DNA from: Methanolobus sp.
GTDB lineage: Archaea > Halobacteriota > Methanosarcinia > Methanosarcinales > Methanosarcinaceae
NCBI GenBank assembly: GCA_041395005.1
Contig: JAWKHE010000003.1
Span: 104,727 to 168,726 of the forward strand
Direction of reading: 5' to 3'
DNA length: 64,000 nt
Shown piece after piece: positions 12,990 to 25,173 of this stretch. The notes below the pieces were generated by a model. It was not told where the DNA came from. It searched no databases and was given only the letters and a program-made list of their open reading frames with translations. A program made the translations under genes and the position numbers. Position 1 is the first letter of the stretch. Each line of letters starts with the position of its first letter.

Positions 12990-13584
12990 TCAATACCTGA
13001 TATAATCAAAAGAGACCTCAATAACTCTTTCATTTTCTATTAGTTCTTCTTTGATTTTTCTCTTGTTTTGGCTCATCCATTTTTCATCTTCAAATACAAC
13101 GTAACAGTTAATCCTTTCTTTAAGGCAAAGGTTTTGTGTTTTTCCAGCGGCACCTAAAAATCTCCTCTTCGACAAGCGGATCCCATATACTGACAATAAA
13201 GTGTTTCTCCTTTTTAGTATCAGTTGCTGTCTCAATCCAATTTTCTGCCTGGCTAAGTTTCTCTTTCTTATACGTATAGTTGTTTTCATCTATTTTTACA
13301 TAATAATTGTTTGCAAAGTTATCAGTATCATATTCAAGTCTATATTCCATTCCATAGGCAATTCTGTCAACAGCTGTAATTGCTTCTTTCTCTGTAGTAT
13401 TATCCGTAAAATCCACATTTATTCCTCCGATGGAAACGATTTTATCTGCTGTGGACTCATTGATTAAAGTGTCGTTGTTTATTTCTCCCATGATAACAGC
13501 GATACCAATGCTCAGTAACACAATTACAATTATTTTAGTAGTTACAGTTGTATTCTTAATAATCCTATAAAAAGAAAAGGGCAT
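12990..13584 (-). CDS. UPF0228-like membrane-anchored protein, frameshifted
   Basis: N-terminal TM helix, IGGINVDF..TTEKEA and C-terminal KIKEELIENERVIEV resemble this Methanosarcinaceae family. Confidence 0.55.
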
Positions 13585-14149
13585 TTAATCCCTCACATAG
13601 ATGTAATTTACAACGCTTCCCCATGCTTCTAAATATTGGCTTCCTTGTCCCACTGGCTCCGGGTCATTGATGCGCAAAAACGAGGCGGACCCAAAGCTTA
13701 GTTAAGTTTGACTCCACTCACATTATTACAATGTATCATTGCAAAATTATTTTTAGTATTACTTAAGTATTCTTGGCCACTGATTAAACTATATGCGCAA
13801 ATAATAGTATTTAATATTATAAATTGTAATGGTCAGCAATAGTAGGTGTTTGTTTTGTTAATTAGCGCTTGATTGCGTTTCTACATTTTAGTTTGAAATG
13901 GTGAAATCTCTACTTTTTACTGCGTAGTCGCTTCAGTTGGAAGTCATTACAAGCACTAAATACGATCTTTCTTATCTGTTAATGCAATAAATGGTTATGT
14001 AGTACATATATTCATTATAGCTGGTAACTCCAGTTTCGTTGGGGGTAAACAATAATTGAAACTAAAAACAGACCTGCTATCAAAAACGGCACTTTCCGTG
14101 CTTTCGGTAGCATTTTCTATGTTGCACGGTCAGTGCCGAATATGCTATA

Positions 14150-14758
14150 TCCACTGAAAACCGGATGTTCCTGATGAATCCATTTGCTCTGCCGGTGCAG
14201 AAGGAACACTGATTTTTAGTGAGCCGTCACTTGTACTTTCAACTGATTACAATTGGCTGTTTTGTTTCAGTATGGTTCTTAGGATTGAAAAATTGTTCCA
14301 CTTTTACTTGGAGCAACAAAATGCAAAAGTGGAGATCACAACAGGAAAAGTATACTTCTTTTGTATCTGAGAACCCGGGTTGTACTGAGGCTAGCGGCTA
14401 AGTTCACTGGGTATGAAAAGAGGCACTTTCAGGTACCATAAAACCAAACTGAAAATGACAGGTATGCTTGTGGCTTTTAGTAATGGAAGGTTTACTTCAG
14501 GTATTTCATTAGGATACCGACTTTGATGTCAGAAAATTTGTATATCTAAAAATGATACCCGTAAAAAATGTGTTTGAAACAATAATAGAAGAACCTGGGG
14601 TACAGGTAAGACCTTTCCTCAGCTTCGGACTTGATAAAAGCACAATTCACTGGCATGTCAATAAGCTGGACGAAGAGAACATCATTCGTTCTGAAAGACA
14701 TGGGAAATTTAAAAAGTATTATCCTGAACAAACCTGCATGAAGCTTCTGACCGGATAA
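14150..14758 (+). CDS. Tandem winged-helix transcriptional regulator, frameshifted; start approximate
   Basis: Two repeats FVSENPG and IIEEPG..LDKSTIHWHVNKLDEENII. Confidence 0.65.
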
Positions 14759-14759
14759 T

Positions 14760-15387
14760 TCCTGTTTTTTCGGAATGATTACTTTGATATTTCTTCAATG
14801 GTCCATATTTTTCCAGTAGCAACCAGTCTGCCAGTCTTTTCCAGTTTGCTGAAGATAGTTTCCCATACACAGTCTTTTTCAGGATTCACTTCGCATTTTC
14901 CATCAATGGCCTTCCATTAGGACCATTCAAAAGCTGTTTGGGACACTGGCCCTTGGGACAGATTCCGCCAAATAGTATACAGTGCAATCCCCACACATTG
15001 CACAGAGTCCAGTAACAACTTCTCCCCTTGTATGTCCACCAAGGGATTCTGTGTTGTTAGACGGGTACACAGGTACTTCTGTAATTCCTGAGATGATCGT
15101 AACTCCACTACCACATGCCATCACAAGGATGGTCTTTGCACCTTTTATGGCAGGATTCTTTTCAATCAGTAACTATATGATGCAACACTGCAGGCTGCAC
15201 TGGGGACAACCCATCCAACAACATGTTTTCCGGCTTCCTCAAGACGCCTGCACATATTGAGCACCTCCGGTTCACCGCCAAGATGCTGTTTTGCTGCACA
15301 TGCATTGCAGCCGACAACGAAGATGTCATCCTCGTTTTTGAGTAGTTCCATTACTTCTTCAAAGGGCTTTGCAGATGAAATTATCAT
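14760..15387 (-). CDS. Methylene-THF reductase C-terminal-domain (MetV-like) Cys-rich protein, frameshifted
   Basis: MIISSAKPFEE, GCNACA, MACGSG, CAMCGDC, LLNGP motifs; overlaps the folP stop. Confidence 0.8.
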
Positions 15388-16619
15388 AGTTCCCTCAGGT
15401 AACCATGCTCCACATCCATATCATTTTCAAGTACTTCCGCAATCATCTCTGCAATGAGCGGAAGGTTGCGTGCCTGGAATGAGAGCTTATGGACCAGTTT
15501 CTCAAATTGTAATATGGTTCCTATAATGAGCACATCAGTTTTGTTGGTTTCGTGTGACACAGCATCACGCTCAAGAGCAGCATCTCCTCCTCTTGCAAGA
15601 ATCTCCTGCTTTATGATCAGTGCCTCAGTGGTGGTTATATTATTTACACGTATGACCTTGCTCACTGTCTTGTTCTTCATGACTTTTGCACCGGTGCCTG
15701 TAACACTCATGCTTTTCATGAGGTATTCAGCATCATCAGGGTGTGTTATGTCCATGATGCTGACTTCAAAATCCCCTGATTTTACAAATGGCTGTCTTTT
15801 TCTCATTGCACTTGCAACTTCAACAACGTCCTTTGTTTCAGGGATATCGTGTGTTCTTACAATATGTGCTCCCTTATGAACCACAATTGCAGTTGCAGCA
15901 AGGCTTCCGTACAGTCTTTCATTTGCCGGTTTATGCAGTACAGCATCGATACATGATTTGCGTGAAACTGCTGCAAGCAGTGGTCTGCCAAATACCCTGA
16001 GGCTCTCGAACTGGTCGATGGTTTCAAAATCAAAAATCGGATCTTTTTCTGCTATCCATTTACCAACAGCAGGGTCAAGAATAAGTTTGTCAGTGTCTAC
16101 ACCCTTTGAATCAGCCCTGCTGATTATGTCTGCAAGAGACTGCATGATGGCATCCATTCCAATTGGATCTCCGGGCACCTCTTCCGATGCCATTACAACA
16201 GCAGGACAATCGTAGTCAGCAACAACATCTATCATCTCAGGATTGGTTGTGAACCCTGAAACATCATTGACAACGTCTGCTCCATGTTTCAGTGATTCCT
16301 TTGCGACGCTTGAATAAACAGTATCTACAGAGATGAGTGCATCCACATTATCATTTAGTATTTCCAGTGCAGGGATCATGCGATTAAGTTCTTCTTCCTC
16401 GCTAATCACCGGATTTGCAAGTGGCCATGTTGAACGGGCACCAATATCAAGTATAGTCGCACCTTCATCAATCATTTTTTGGGCAACATCAAGAAGTGAA
16501 TCATTACCAACAACAGAACCCTTGTAAAAGGATTCCTTGCTCAGGTTGATGATACCCATAAGTCTTACAGGATGCTCGTCACCAACTTTCAAGCCGCATA
16601 TGTCTACATCAACAACCAT
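15384..16619 (-). CDS. folP: Dihydropteroate synthase with an extra C-terminal domain
   Basis: MGIINLSKESF, DIGARST, SVDT, VNDVSG, SRKS, VRTHD. Confidence 0.93.
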   Translation of the reverse strand: MVVDVDICGLKVGDEHPVRLMGIINLSKESFYKGSVVGNDSLLDVAQKMIDEGATILDIGARSTWPLANPVISEEEELNRMIPALEILNDNVDALISVDTVYSSVAKESLKHGADVVNDVSGFTTNPEMIDVVADYDCPAVVMASEEVPGDPIGMDAIMQSLADIISRADSKGVDTDKLILDPAVGKWIAEKDPIFDFETIDQFESLRVFGRPLLAAVSRKSCIDAVLHKPANERLYGSLAATAIVVHKGAHIVRTHDIPETKDVVEVASAMRKRQPFVKSGDFEVSIMDITHPDDAEYLMKSMSVTGTGAKVMKNKTVSKVIRVNNITTTEALIIKQEILARGGDAALERDAVSHETNKTDVLIIGTILQFEKLVHKLSFQARNLPLIAEMIAEVLENDMDVEHGYLREL

Positions 16620-16707
16620 TATTCAACCTGGTAGCATTAATCAAAGGTAAATAAGCAAAAACATTTTGTCAAAATAGTATTCAATTAATAAAATATAAGT
16701 GTGCTTA

Positions 16708-17568
16708 TTAGCTGTTAGAAGCTGCCATAAGCACGTGTTCCATGAGAATTGCAATGGTCATGGGACCAACGCCTCCCGGAACAGGGGTTATCAGTGAAGC
16801 TTTCTTCACGACATTATCAAAATCTACATCACCGTATACCTTGCCTTCTTTCTCGGTGATCCCTACATCAAAGATTACTGCACCTTCCTTCACCATATCT
16901 GATTTGATGAGGTGCATAACACCGGTTCCTACTACAAGTATGTCTGCGTCAAGGGTGAACTTCTTCAGGTCATCAGTGAACACATGGCAAACGGAAACAG
17001 TTGCATTCCTGTTGATAAGCATTGCAGCCATAGGTTTCCCTACGACATTGCTGTGTCCTACGATTACTGCATGTTTTCCCTGAATGGTTACATCATATTC
17101 TTCCAGTGCCCTGATTACTCCTTTAGGGGTGCAGGGTACCAGACCCTCATCGCCGATGAGGAGTTTTCCCATATTGTATGGGTGGAATCCGTCCGCATCC
17201 TTTGCAGGGTCAATGGCAAGCATTGCGGACTTGTCATCAAGGTGTTCTGGAAGAGGCAACTGGAGGAGAATTCCGTGGATATCCTCCCTGTCATTCAATT
17301 CCTGGATTTTCTGCATGAGCTCTTCCTGTGTGGTTGACTCAGGCATATTCTGGTCCTCTGCATGTATGCCGACTCTTTCGCATGCCTTGTGTTTAAGGCG
17401 TACATACATCCTGGACGCAGGGTCCTCGCCAACAAGTATGGTTGCAAGTCCGGGTGTAATTCCCTTTTCTTTCCTGAGCTTGTCAACTCCCTGCTTTACC
17501 TGCTCTTCCACTTTCTTTGACAGGCTCCTGCCGTCTATCTTCCTGGAATCGTAGTTCTCTTCTGCCAT
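16708..17568 (-). CDS. folD: Methylene-THF dehydrogenase/cyclohydrolase
   Basis: [30 protein letters not shown]. Confidence 0.97.
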   Translation of the reverse strand: MAEENYDSRKIDGRSLSKKVEEQVKQGVDKLRKEKGITPGLATILVGEDPASRMYVRLKHKACERVGIHAEDQNMPESTTQEELMQKIQELNDREDIHGILLQLPLPEHLDDKSAMLAIDPAKDADGFHPYNMGKLLIGDEGLVPCTPKGVIRALEEYDVTIQGKHAVIVGHSNVVGKPMAAMLINRNATVSVCHVFTDDLKKFTLDADILVVGTGVMHLIKSDMVKEGAVIFDVGITEKEGKVYGDVDFDNVVKKASLITPVPGGVGPMTIAILMEHVLMAASNS

Positions 17569-17613
17569 TATGCAAACACCTGATGTAGTTTCTATACAGC
17601 CTGCGTTTTTGAT

Positions 17614-18850
17614 TTACTTGTAAACCGGGAATCCACTGCACAGCTGTTCAACATCGGAGTTGACACCGTGAAGGACTTTATCATTGTCAAGGTTGTTGAT
17701 AACCTCTGCAATGTATCCTGCAATTTCCTTCATCTGTTCTTCCTTCATTCCCCTTGTTGCTGCAGCAGGTGTACCAATTCTGATTCCGCTTGTAATGAAT
17801 GGGCTTCTTGTTTCGAATGGAATGGTGTTCTTGTTAAGGACAATTCCTGCCTTGCTCATTCCTGCTTCGGCATCCTTTCCTGTGATGTCGAACTTGTTAA
17901 GGTTAAGAAGCATTACGTGGTTGTCAGTTCCACCGGAAACAATATCAAATTCCCTTGCCTGAAGTTCCTTTGCAAGTACATCTGCGTTCTTTACGGTCTG
18001 GACCTGGTCTGCCTTGAACTGTTCTCCCATTGCTTCCTTAAATGCAACAGCCTTTGCTGCGATAACGTGCATGAGTGGACCGCCCTGGATTCCAGGGAAC
18101 ACTGACCTGTTAAGGTCTTTAGCATACTCTTCCCTGCACATGATCATTCCACCCCTTGGACCTCTGAGGGTCTTGTGGGTTGTGGTTGTGACAAAGTCAG
18201 CGTATGGTACAGGACTTGGGTGCGCCGCCATTGGCTACAAGACCAGCGATGTGTGCAATATCTGCAAGTAGGTATGCTCCTACTTCATCAGCAATATCCC
18301 TGAATGCTTTGAAGTCAAGGGTCCTTGAGTAAGCTGAAGCACCGCAGACTATCATCTGTGGCTTTTTCTCCTTTGCCATAGTCATAAGTGCATCATAGTC
18401 AAGAGCTTCTGTCTCTTTGTCAACACCGTATGGTACTATATTATAGAGCTGTCCTGCAAAGTTTACAGGGCTTCCGTGTGACAGGTGACCTCCGTGTGTG
18501 AGGTCCATTGACATAATGGTGTCTCCTGGCTTGATTACTGAGAAATAACATGCCATGTTAGCACCGGAACCTGAGTGTGGCTGGACGTTTATGTGCTCAG
18601 CACCAAAAATCGCCTTTGCCCTTTCAATAGCAAGGTCTTCTGCAATATCTACAAATTCGCAACCGCCATAATAGCGTTTTCCTGAGTATCCTTCTGCGTA
18701 CTTGTTTGTCATTACAGAGCCCTGTGCTTCCATTACTGCACGGCTTGTATAGTTCTCTGATGCTATCAGGTTCAGCTTGTAATCCTGACGGTTTGCTTCA
18801 AGCCTTAAGGCTTCTGCAATCTCCGGGTCTATTTCTGAGACATAAGACAT
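17614..18850 (-). CDS. glyA: Serine hydroxymethyltransferase (one frameshift near 18230)
   Basis: [35 protein letters not shown]. Confidence 0.96.
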
Positions 18851-18930
18851 TGTTATCAACCATTAAATTCGATATCGATAGTAGTTGGACCCCTGCTTCG
18901 CAGGGTGTTATAATGTTAATATAAGCTAAT

Positions 18931-19539
18931 TTACGTGTGTACTACAATTCGACCTTCCACTTTAAGTTTACCCTCAACGAATAACCTGACAGCTTCCGGG
19001 AAAATCTTGTGTTCCTGTTCAAGTATGCGGGCTGCAAGGTCATCGGCAGTATCGCCTTCAAGGACAGACACGCATTTCTGGATAATTATCGGACCGGTGT
19101 CCATTCCTTCATCCACAAAGTGGACGGTACAACCACTTACCTTTACGCCGTAATCAAAAGCCTGCTGCTGGGCGTGAAGTCCTTTAAAAGAAGGAAGAAG
19201 TGCAGGGTGGATGTTTATAATGCTATTGCGGTATGCCGCAATCAGGTCTTTTCCAACAAGGCGCATGTAGCCTGCAAGTAATATTAAGTCAACATCGTTG
19301 TCTTTCAGGACTTCCAGGACCTCATTTTCGTATTCCTGTTTGTTCTGGTAATCAGAAGGGTCTACGAAAACATCTGTAATGCCATGATTTCTTGCACGTT
19401 CAAGTGCATAGGCATCTTCCACATCGCTTATAACAACGGATATCTTTGCATTCTGAATGTATCCGTTTTCTATATTATCTATTATGGACTGGAGATTAGA
19501 TCCTCTTCCTGAAACAAGTACTGCGATGTTGGTAGTCAT
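18931..19539 (-). CDS. purN: Phosphoribosylglycinamide formyltransferase
   Basis: SGRGSNLQ, LAGYM, NIHPALLPSF, DTGPII. Confidence 0.97.
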   Translation of the reverse strand: MTTNIAVLVSGRGSNLQSIIDNIENGYIQNAKISVVISDVEDAYALERARNHGITDVFVDPSDYQNKQEYENEVLEVLKDNDVDLILLAGYMRLVGKDLIAAYRNSIINIHPALLPSFKGLHAQQQAFDYGVKVSGCTVHFVDEGMDTGPIIIQKCVSVLEGDTADDLAARILEQEHKIFPEAVRLFVEGKLKVEGRIVVHT

Positions 19540-19678
19540 TGGTAGTTCTAAAAGGGATATCTGTATATTAGCGTTTTGGATTTATAAATAACTGCCGAAA
19601 AATAATAACGCACTTTCCCTTCCGAAAATAACAATTCCAGTAATCAGATATTGATGTTATGTTTTTTGGTACGTTCGT

Positions 19679-20610
19679 TTATAAGGTCTGCCAGTTCATC
19701 TGTACCGGACAGCTTGTCAAGCTCGCTCTTTTCAATAAGAACTGTATTTTCAACAGTCTCTGACTTAATCTGACCGTTGATGATAGACCGATTTTGTTCT
19801 TGTAACACAAGGATATACTGTAGGTCTGCACGCTTGATGCATAAGCGCCCTTGTATGTCTTAAACACCGGTAAGCAGTGTGTCTGAGTGTCCTTTGATAT
19901 AGCCTTAAAGGGTGCCTGGCTTGTGGAAACAACCTGGTATCCAAGTGCATAGACATTCCAAGTATACCATCATCCGGTTGTGGTTCAGGAGTCTTTTCCT
20001 GTGGAACCTCCATACTGGTCTTTTTTTCAAAACAGTGAAGTATGTCTATAGACTTTGCAAAGAGCAACATCCAGCAATTCCTCAAGATGGAGCACTACAT
20101 CTATGAAGCATCCATACCTCCTTCTTCACATACTTGCTGATTGTCCTTCTTGAAACCCCAAGTTCTGTAGCAAGGGCTCCCAATGACATGGAAGTTTTCT
20201 TGCGTGCTTCCTTGAGCACATCTCCATCTATTGAGACGTAAAGTCCGCCCGGAGCTGCTGAAACCAGCGGAGGGACGTCTTCTACGAAGTAATCATAAAG
20301 GGTCTGAACGTTTACTGCAGGGATGTCGTAGCGCATGTAAACAACGCTGTCCTCAAGCATCTGGTCCCTGGTTTTTGCCCCTATAAGTATTGCAGTTCCT
20401 CCCAGATACCGTGCGAGGCTCTTCATCTCCCTTGCGGTTTCTTCGTTAAGCCCGTCTATATTAAAAAGAACTTTACAGAAAAGAAGAGTTTCGCCTTTCC
20501 TTGCTGCAAGATCAAAGCTTCGTGGTCGAATATTGCATCTCTTTGATACAGTGAAGCCTGCCTGCTGTAATACATCAATGATCTGATGTATAAGGATCTC
20601 TTTACAAATA
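19679..20610 (-). CDS. Archaeal HTH transcriptional regulator (nuclease-like N-terminus + XRE HTH), frameshifted; start approximate
   Basis: RPRSFDLAARK, APGGLYVSIDG, LATELGVSRRTISKY. Confidence 0.8.
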
Positions 20611-20825
20611 TGGCTAAATAGCCATTGTTTGCTATCTATATAAATATGTCTGTGATTTGTGGGTTTTTTGTTTTTAGTTTTAAAATCCTTTTTGTTTCTC
20701 ACCTCGAAAATTATTTATGCAATGTATTGAAATCTTGTTGTATATACAAAAACGCCTGTTTTTCCGAATCATTTCAGGCTTGTTGGTTGTTTATGTAAGG
20801 GTAGGTAGGCTTAAAGGATGGGGTT

Positions 20826-22978
20826 ATGGAACATAGGAATATTCTTTCTTGCTCATTAACAGATGCATTCAGGATTGTCAAAATGGATATTGAAAAAAAT
20901 GTGTCTTTGTTAAGATCCATCTTTTTTAAAAATGCAGCTACGCGCTCACCATCATTAGCTGAAAATGTGCATGCTTATAGCGGACAGGCTGATGAAGAGG
21001 CATACCGGATTAAACCTTGCTCTTTTTATCGATATTCCGGGGCAATATTCATTTTGTAAATAAGAAGCTTCCTGAGTTGACCGGATATAAAGAAACGGAT
21101 ATTTTCCGGAAAAAAGTGGCTTAAAATCCTGATACCAGACGACTACCACTCTGATCTCCAGGCATTGTGGGATAAATTCGTTTCCGGGAAGATCAGATCT
21201 GTTGAAAACCTAGGAAGTTCCGTTACTGACTTCAATAAAAACATTCTCCATTTTCTCTAGGTCTGGAATTGTGGTCAATGGTAGTAACAGTGAATTCCAG
21301 GGTATTTTGTTTCAGGAGAATATTACAAAGCGCAAAAACATCCGGCAGGAACAAGAAGATTATGAATTAGTTTTTAGACAGGCAATTGAATTTTCTCCCC
21401 AGGCAATTGCAATTCTTGATTCTGATTTAAATCCTGTTTATTTAAACAGGAAGGTACTGATATTTTTGGTTACACTCTTGAGGATGTTCCTGACATGGAC
21501 GAGTGGTGGGGTTTCGCCTGTCCCGATCCTGAATGCCATAAACGTGTTTATGATCCGGCATCTCAGGAAGAACTCTCATCTGATGAAAAACAAAATCCTG
21601 TTTACACTGATGAATTAAGACTTGAATGCAAAGATGGTTCTAAACTTTATATTAGTTACTTACAAAACTTGCAGGCGGGCGTCATATTCTCCTTTTTAAG
21701 GATATTACTGAGATAAAAGCTGCACAAAAAGCCCTGCTTCTGGATGAACTAAACGATGCTCTGGTTAAATTAAACCAGTTTTCATATTCTACTACCAATG
21801 ACGTGCTGGAATTTTCCCTGGAAAAAAGCTGTTGAACTTACGGAAAGTCGTGCAGGATACATAGGATTTGTCAATGAGGAAGAAAACTGTAAGCATTTTG
21901 GCTGGTCTGAAAAATCACAGGACACATGCAAAATCGAAAAAATAAATACCGTCTATCATTTTGATGCAATGGGTCTGGGGCGAACCAATCAGGCAGCGTA
22001 GTCTGTGGTGGTGAACGATTATCCCGGGGAGAATACAGGCAAAAAAGGCACAAAAGGTCATATCAACATACGGAACCATCTTGGAATACCCATCTTTGAT
22101 GGCAAACGTATAATTATGGTTGCAGGTGTTGTAACAAGGAAAGTGACTATGACAGCTCAGATATCAGGCAGGTAACACTCCTTATTGAAGGCACATGGAA
22201 ACTGGTACAAAGAAAGAAAAATGAAAGCAAGATAAAAGCATATGCTGAGGAGCTTGCGAAGAATAACAGGGAACTTGAATCACTTGACCGCATGAAAGAT
22301 GAATTCATGGCAAACATCACTCATGAACTAAAAACTCCTCTGATACCTATCAAAGGATATAGTGAACTGCTGTATGAAGGTCATCTTGGTTTACTTGGTA
22401 ATGAACAGAAAAGAAGTATCAAAGTCGTTTTGCAGAATGCCCAAAGGTTACAAAAATTAATTGACTCCCTGTTGTATATGCAAAATATACGTTCAGGAAA
22501 TATTCAATATCACCTTGACTCAATAAATATTCCGGGTTTGCTCGATAAGGTAGCAGACGAGATTCTCAGTGTACGCACAGGCGATACTCCTGTTTTTAAC
22601 AAAGATTATGATCAAAAAGTTCCTTTTGTTTGCGGGAACATGACGTATCTTGAACAGGTATTTTCCCATATACTTGAAAATGCGTTTAAGTTTACTCCTC
22701 CTGATGGTTCCATAACAATTTCAGTATTTTCAAATAATGACGGTGTACATGCTATGGTTAAGGATACTGGTATTGGTATTTCCGGGAATGAAATGCCAAG
22801 TATTTTCAAACGGTTCTACCAGGTGGATGGTTCACTCACAAGACGTTATGGAGGTAACGGACTTGGACTCTATCTCTGTAAAAGTATCGTAGAGGCTCAT
22901 GGAGGTTCAATATGGGCAGAAAGCCAGGAAGGCAAAGGTACGGAGCTGCATGTAGTCCTGCCTGCAATTGAAGAATAA
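20826..22978 (+). CDS. PAS/GAF sensor histidine kinase, 5' part frameshifted
   Basis: H-box THELKTPL, N-box ENAFKFT, DTGIG, GNGLGL; upstream PAS and GAF fragments. Confidence 0.88.
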
Positions 22979-23112
22979 ACAAACTCTGTATTCAGATTTT
23001 TGATAGTTTTCACTTTAAGATAACCTCTTTTCCTGATTCAGGCAATCCCTTCTCTATCTTACGAATGGAATGATTTTTTGCAAAAATGTTTAACGACGTT
23101 AAAGTTTCAGCG

Positions 23113-23570
23113 TTATTCCTTCTCTGCAAGTTGCTTGAGCTTCTGGAGTGCTTTAGGCCAGGTGGTTTGGGCCATTTCTTCGTATTCTGCATCTGTTATA
23201 TCCACATCTATGAGTACTTCGGTCATATCTCCTATTTCTTTAAATGTGTGGCTTTTCCAAAGTGCTCCGGCCCATTTCTTTGCTGATTCACTTGAAGTAT
23301 CTTCTTTTCCGTCTTGAAAAAAGCCAATATGTTCGATAGATATGTACTCATATGGATCGTTCTCTTTTATCCGGCTCACCATACCAAAAACAGCACCATT
23401 TTCGCCAGGTCCAAGGAAAAGTATCTTATTTCCTTTGCTCCAGTCACCTACATAATACGAACCTGGTGAAAATATATCCGTCCACTGCCGATAAGAATCC
23501 TTGTCAAGCATAGTGCTCCATACCTTTTCTTTCGATGCGTCGATAACAATCGAATAATGCAGTTTGTGTA
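23113..23570 (-). CDS. SRPBCC (START-like) domain protein; start approximate
   Basis: SYRQWT..F.PGS, GDWSKG, TWPKALQKLK. Confidence 0.75.
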
Positions 23571-23857
23571 TTCTATCTCCTCCTTCTATGATTCAATTTC
23601 AAATTTTTATCTTCTAATCCAAGCTTGGCGGTCAACAGTAATAAAGTGTTCTTAGCTTTGCTATACTTAATCAAAATGCAACAAAAAATAAGAATGTACG
23701 GGATTATTCCAGAATATAGTTTTTCCTGACAAAAAGAAAAAGTAAGGTCAAAAGAGAAAACATTCTCTTCATCAGGGTGTGATAACTGTCAAACCTGGGG
23801 TGAAATGATTTTTCAGAGAATAATTTAACAATAATCAATCCTATCAGCTATTGTCCA

Positions 23858-25162
23858 ATGACTTATGAATCCACTAAACTGATTATAGGAATTGATGATA
23901 CTGATTCCCGTGAAGGCATGTGTACGACTTATCTTTGCGCTCTTCTGCGGGATGAACTCTCATCATTTGCAAAAATCATAGAAGAACCTGTACTTGTCCG
24001 CCTGAACCCGACCATTCCCTACAAGACCAGAGGCAATGCGTCTGTGGCATTGTATGTTGAGTGTAAGGATCCGGAAAAAGTAGTGGAGCATGTGACTTCA
24101 AGGATTTCTTCCATGGCATGTATGGAAAATGAAAATACAAATCCTGGTGTTGTTTTTGTTAAAGAGTTCCAGTTTGAGCAAGTCACAAACACTCTTGCCT
24201 CCTTTTTCAGACGTGCTGTAAAGGAAGTTATTGCAATTGATGAAGCAAAAGAACTGGCTTCATCCCTGGGTCTTCATTTTGAAGCTTTCAAGAATGGAAG
24301 GGGTCTCATCGGAGCACTCTCTGCATGCGGTGCAATGCTGGATCTTAGCTGGGACCATACATATGAATACATTGCCTACAGAGAAAAAGATGTCTGGGGT
24401 ACACAACGTAATGTTGATGATGAATCTCTTTTTGAAGCAGACAGGCAGACATATCCTGATACATGGGATACTGTTGACATGAAAAATGATCTGGTTGTAT
24501 GTGTACCTCATTCAGGAGATCCTGTTCTTTATGGACTAAGGGGAAAAAATGCATTTTCAGTGGAAAAGGCCGCTTCTTTTGTAATCTCAGAACCGGTGGA
24601 AAGATTATGCATTTATCGTACCAACCAGGGAACAGACATGCATTTAATTCCAGTTTCAGGAATATCTGAAATTGAGGAAATGCATTCCTACATTCTGGAA
24701 GGAACTGTCTGTTCTGAACCGGAAACTATCAGGGGTGGACACACTATCTTTTCCCTGCAGGATGATGCAGGCGAAAATATTGATTGTGCAGCCTTTGAGC
24801 CAACAAAAAATTTCAGGGAACTAATACGCAAACTTATCCCGGGTGACAGGGTTGTTGTTTATGGAAGCGTAACTGAAAGAACCGTGAATATTGAAAAAAT
24901 AAAGATACTGGAGCTTGCAAAAAAGTATGAAATATCCAATCCAGAATGTCCTTCCTGTGGAAAAAGAATGAAATCTGCTGGCGCAGGACAGGGTTACAGG
25001 TGCAGGAAATGCGGCACAAGCTCTTCAGTTACAGACAAGTCTGAAGTAAAAAGAGATATTGTTTCTGGTTTCTATGAGGTTCCGCCGTGTGCCAGAAGAC
25101 ATCTTGCCAAACAACTTCTGAGATTTGAAAAAGAGGATGTTCCTCTCTTTCCTTCAAGATAA
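23858..25162 (+). CDS. tiaS: tRNA(Ile2) agmatinylcytidine synthetase
   Basis: GIDDTDS, MCTTY, KTRGN, TNQGTD, C-terminal Zn ribbon, RRHLAK. Confidence 0.96.
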   Translation: MTYESTKLIIGIDDTDSREGMCTTYLCALLRDELSSFAKIIEEPVLVRLNPTIPYKTRGNASVALYVECKDPEKVVEHVTSRISSMACMENENTNPGVVFVKEFQFEQVTNTLASFFRRAVKEVIAIDEAKELASSLGLHFEAFKNGRGLIGALSACGAMLDLSWDHTYEYIAYREKDVWGTQRNVDDESLFEADRQTYPDTWDTVDMKNDLVVCVPHSGDPVLYGLRGKNAFSVEKAASFVISEPVERLCIYRTNQGTDMHLIPVSGISEIEEMHSYILEGTVCSEPETIRGGHTIFSLQDDAGENIDCAAFEPTKNFRELIRKLIPGDRVVVYGSVTERTVNIEKIKILELAKKYEISNPECPSCGKRMKSAGAGQGYRCRKCGTSSSVTDKSEVKRDIVSGFYEVPPCARRHLAKQLLRFEKEDVPLFPSR

Positions 25163-25173
25163 TACGCCCGTAT

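Noticed and set aside
18888-18908. CCCTGC/GCAGGG hairpin upstream of glyA as a riboswitch
   Set aside because: The gap is only about 70 nt with a single short stem; no THF or ZTP aptamer features seen.
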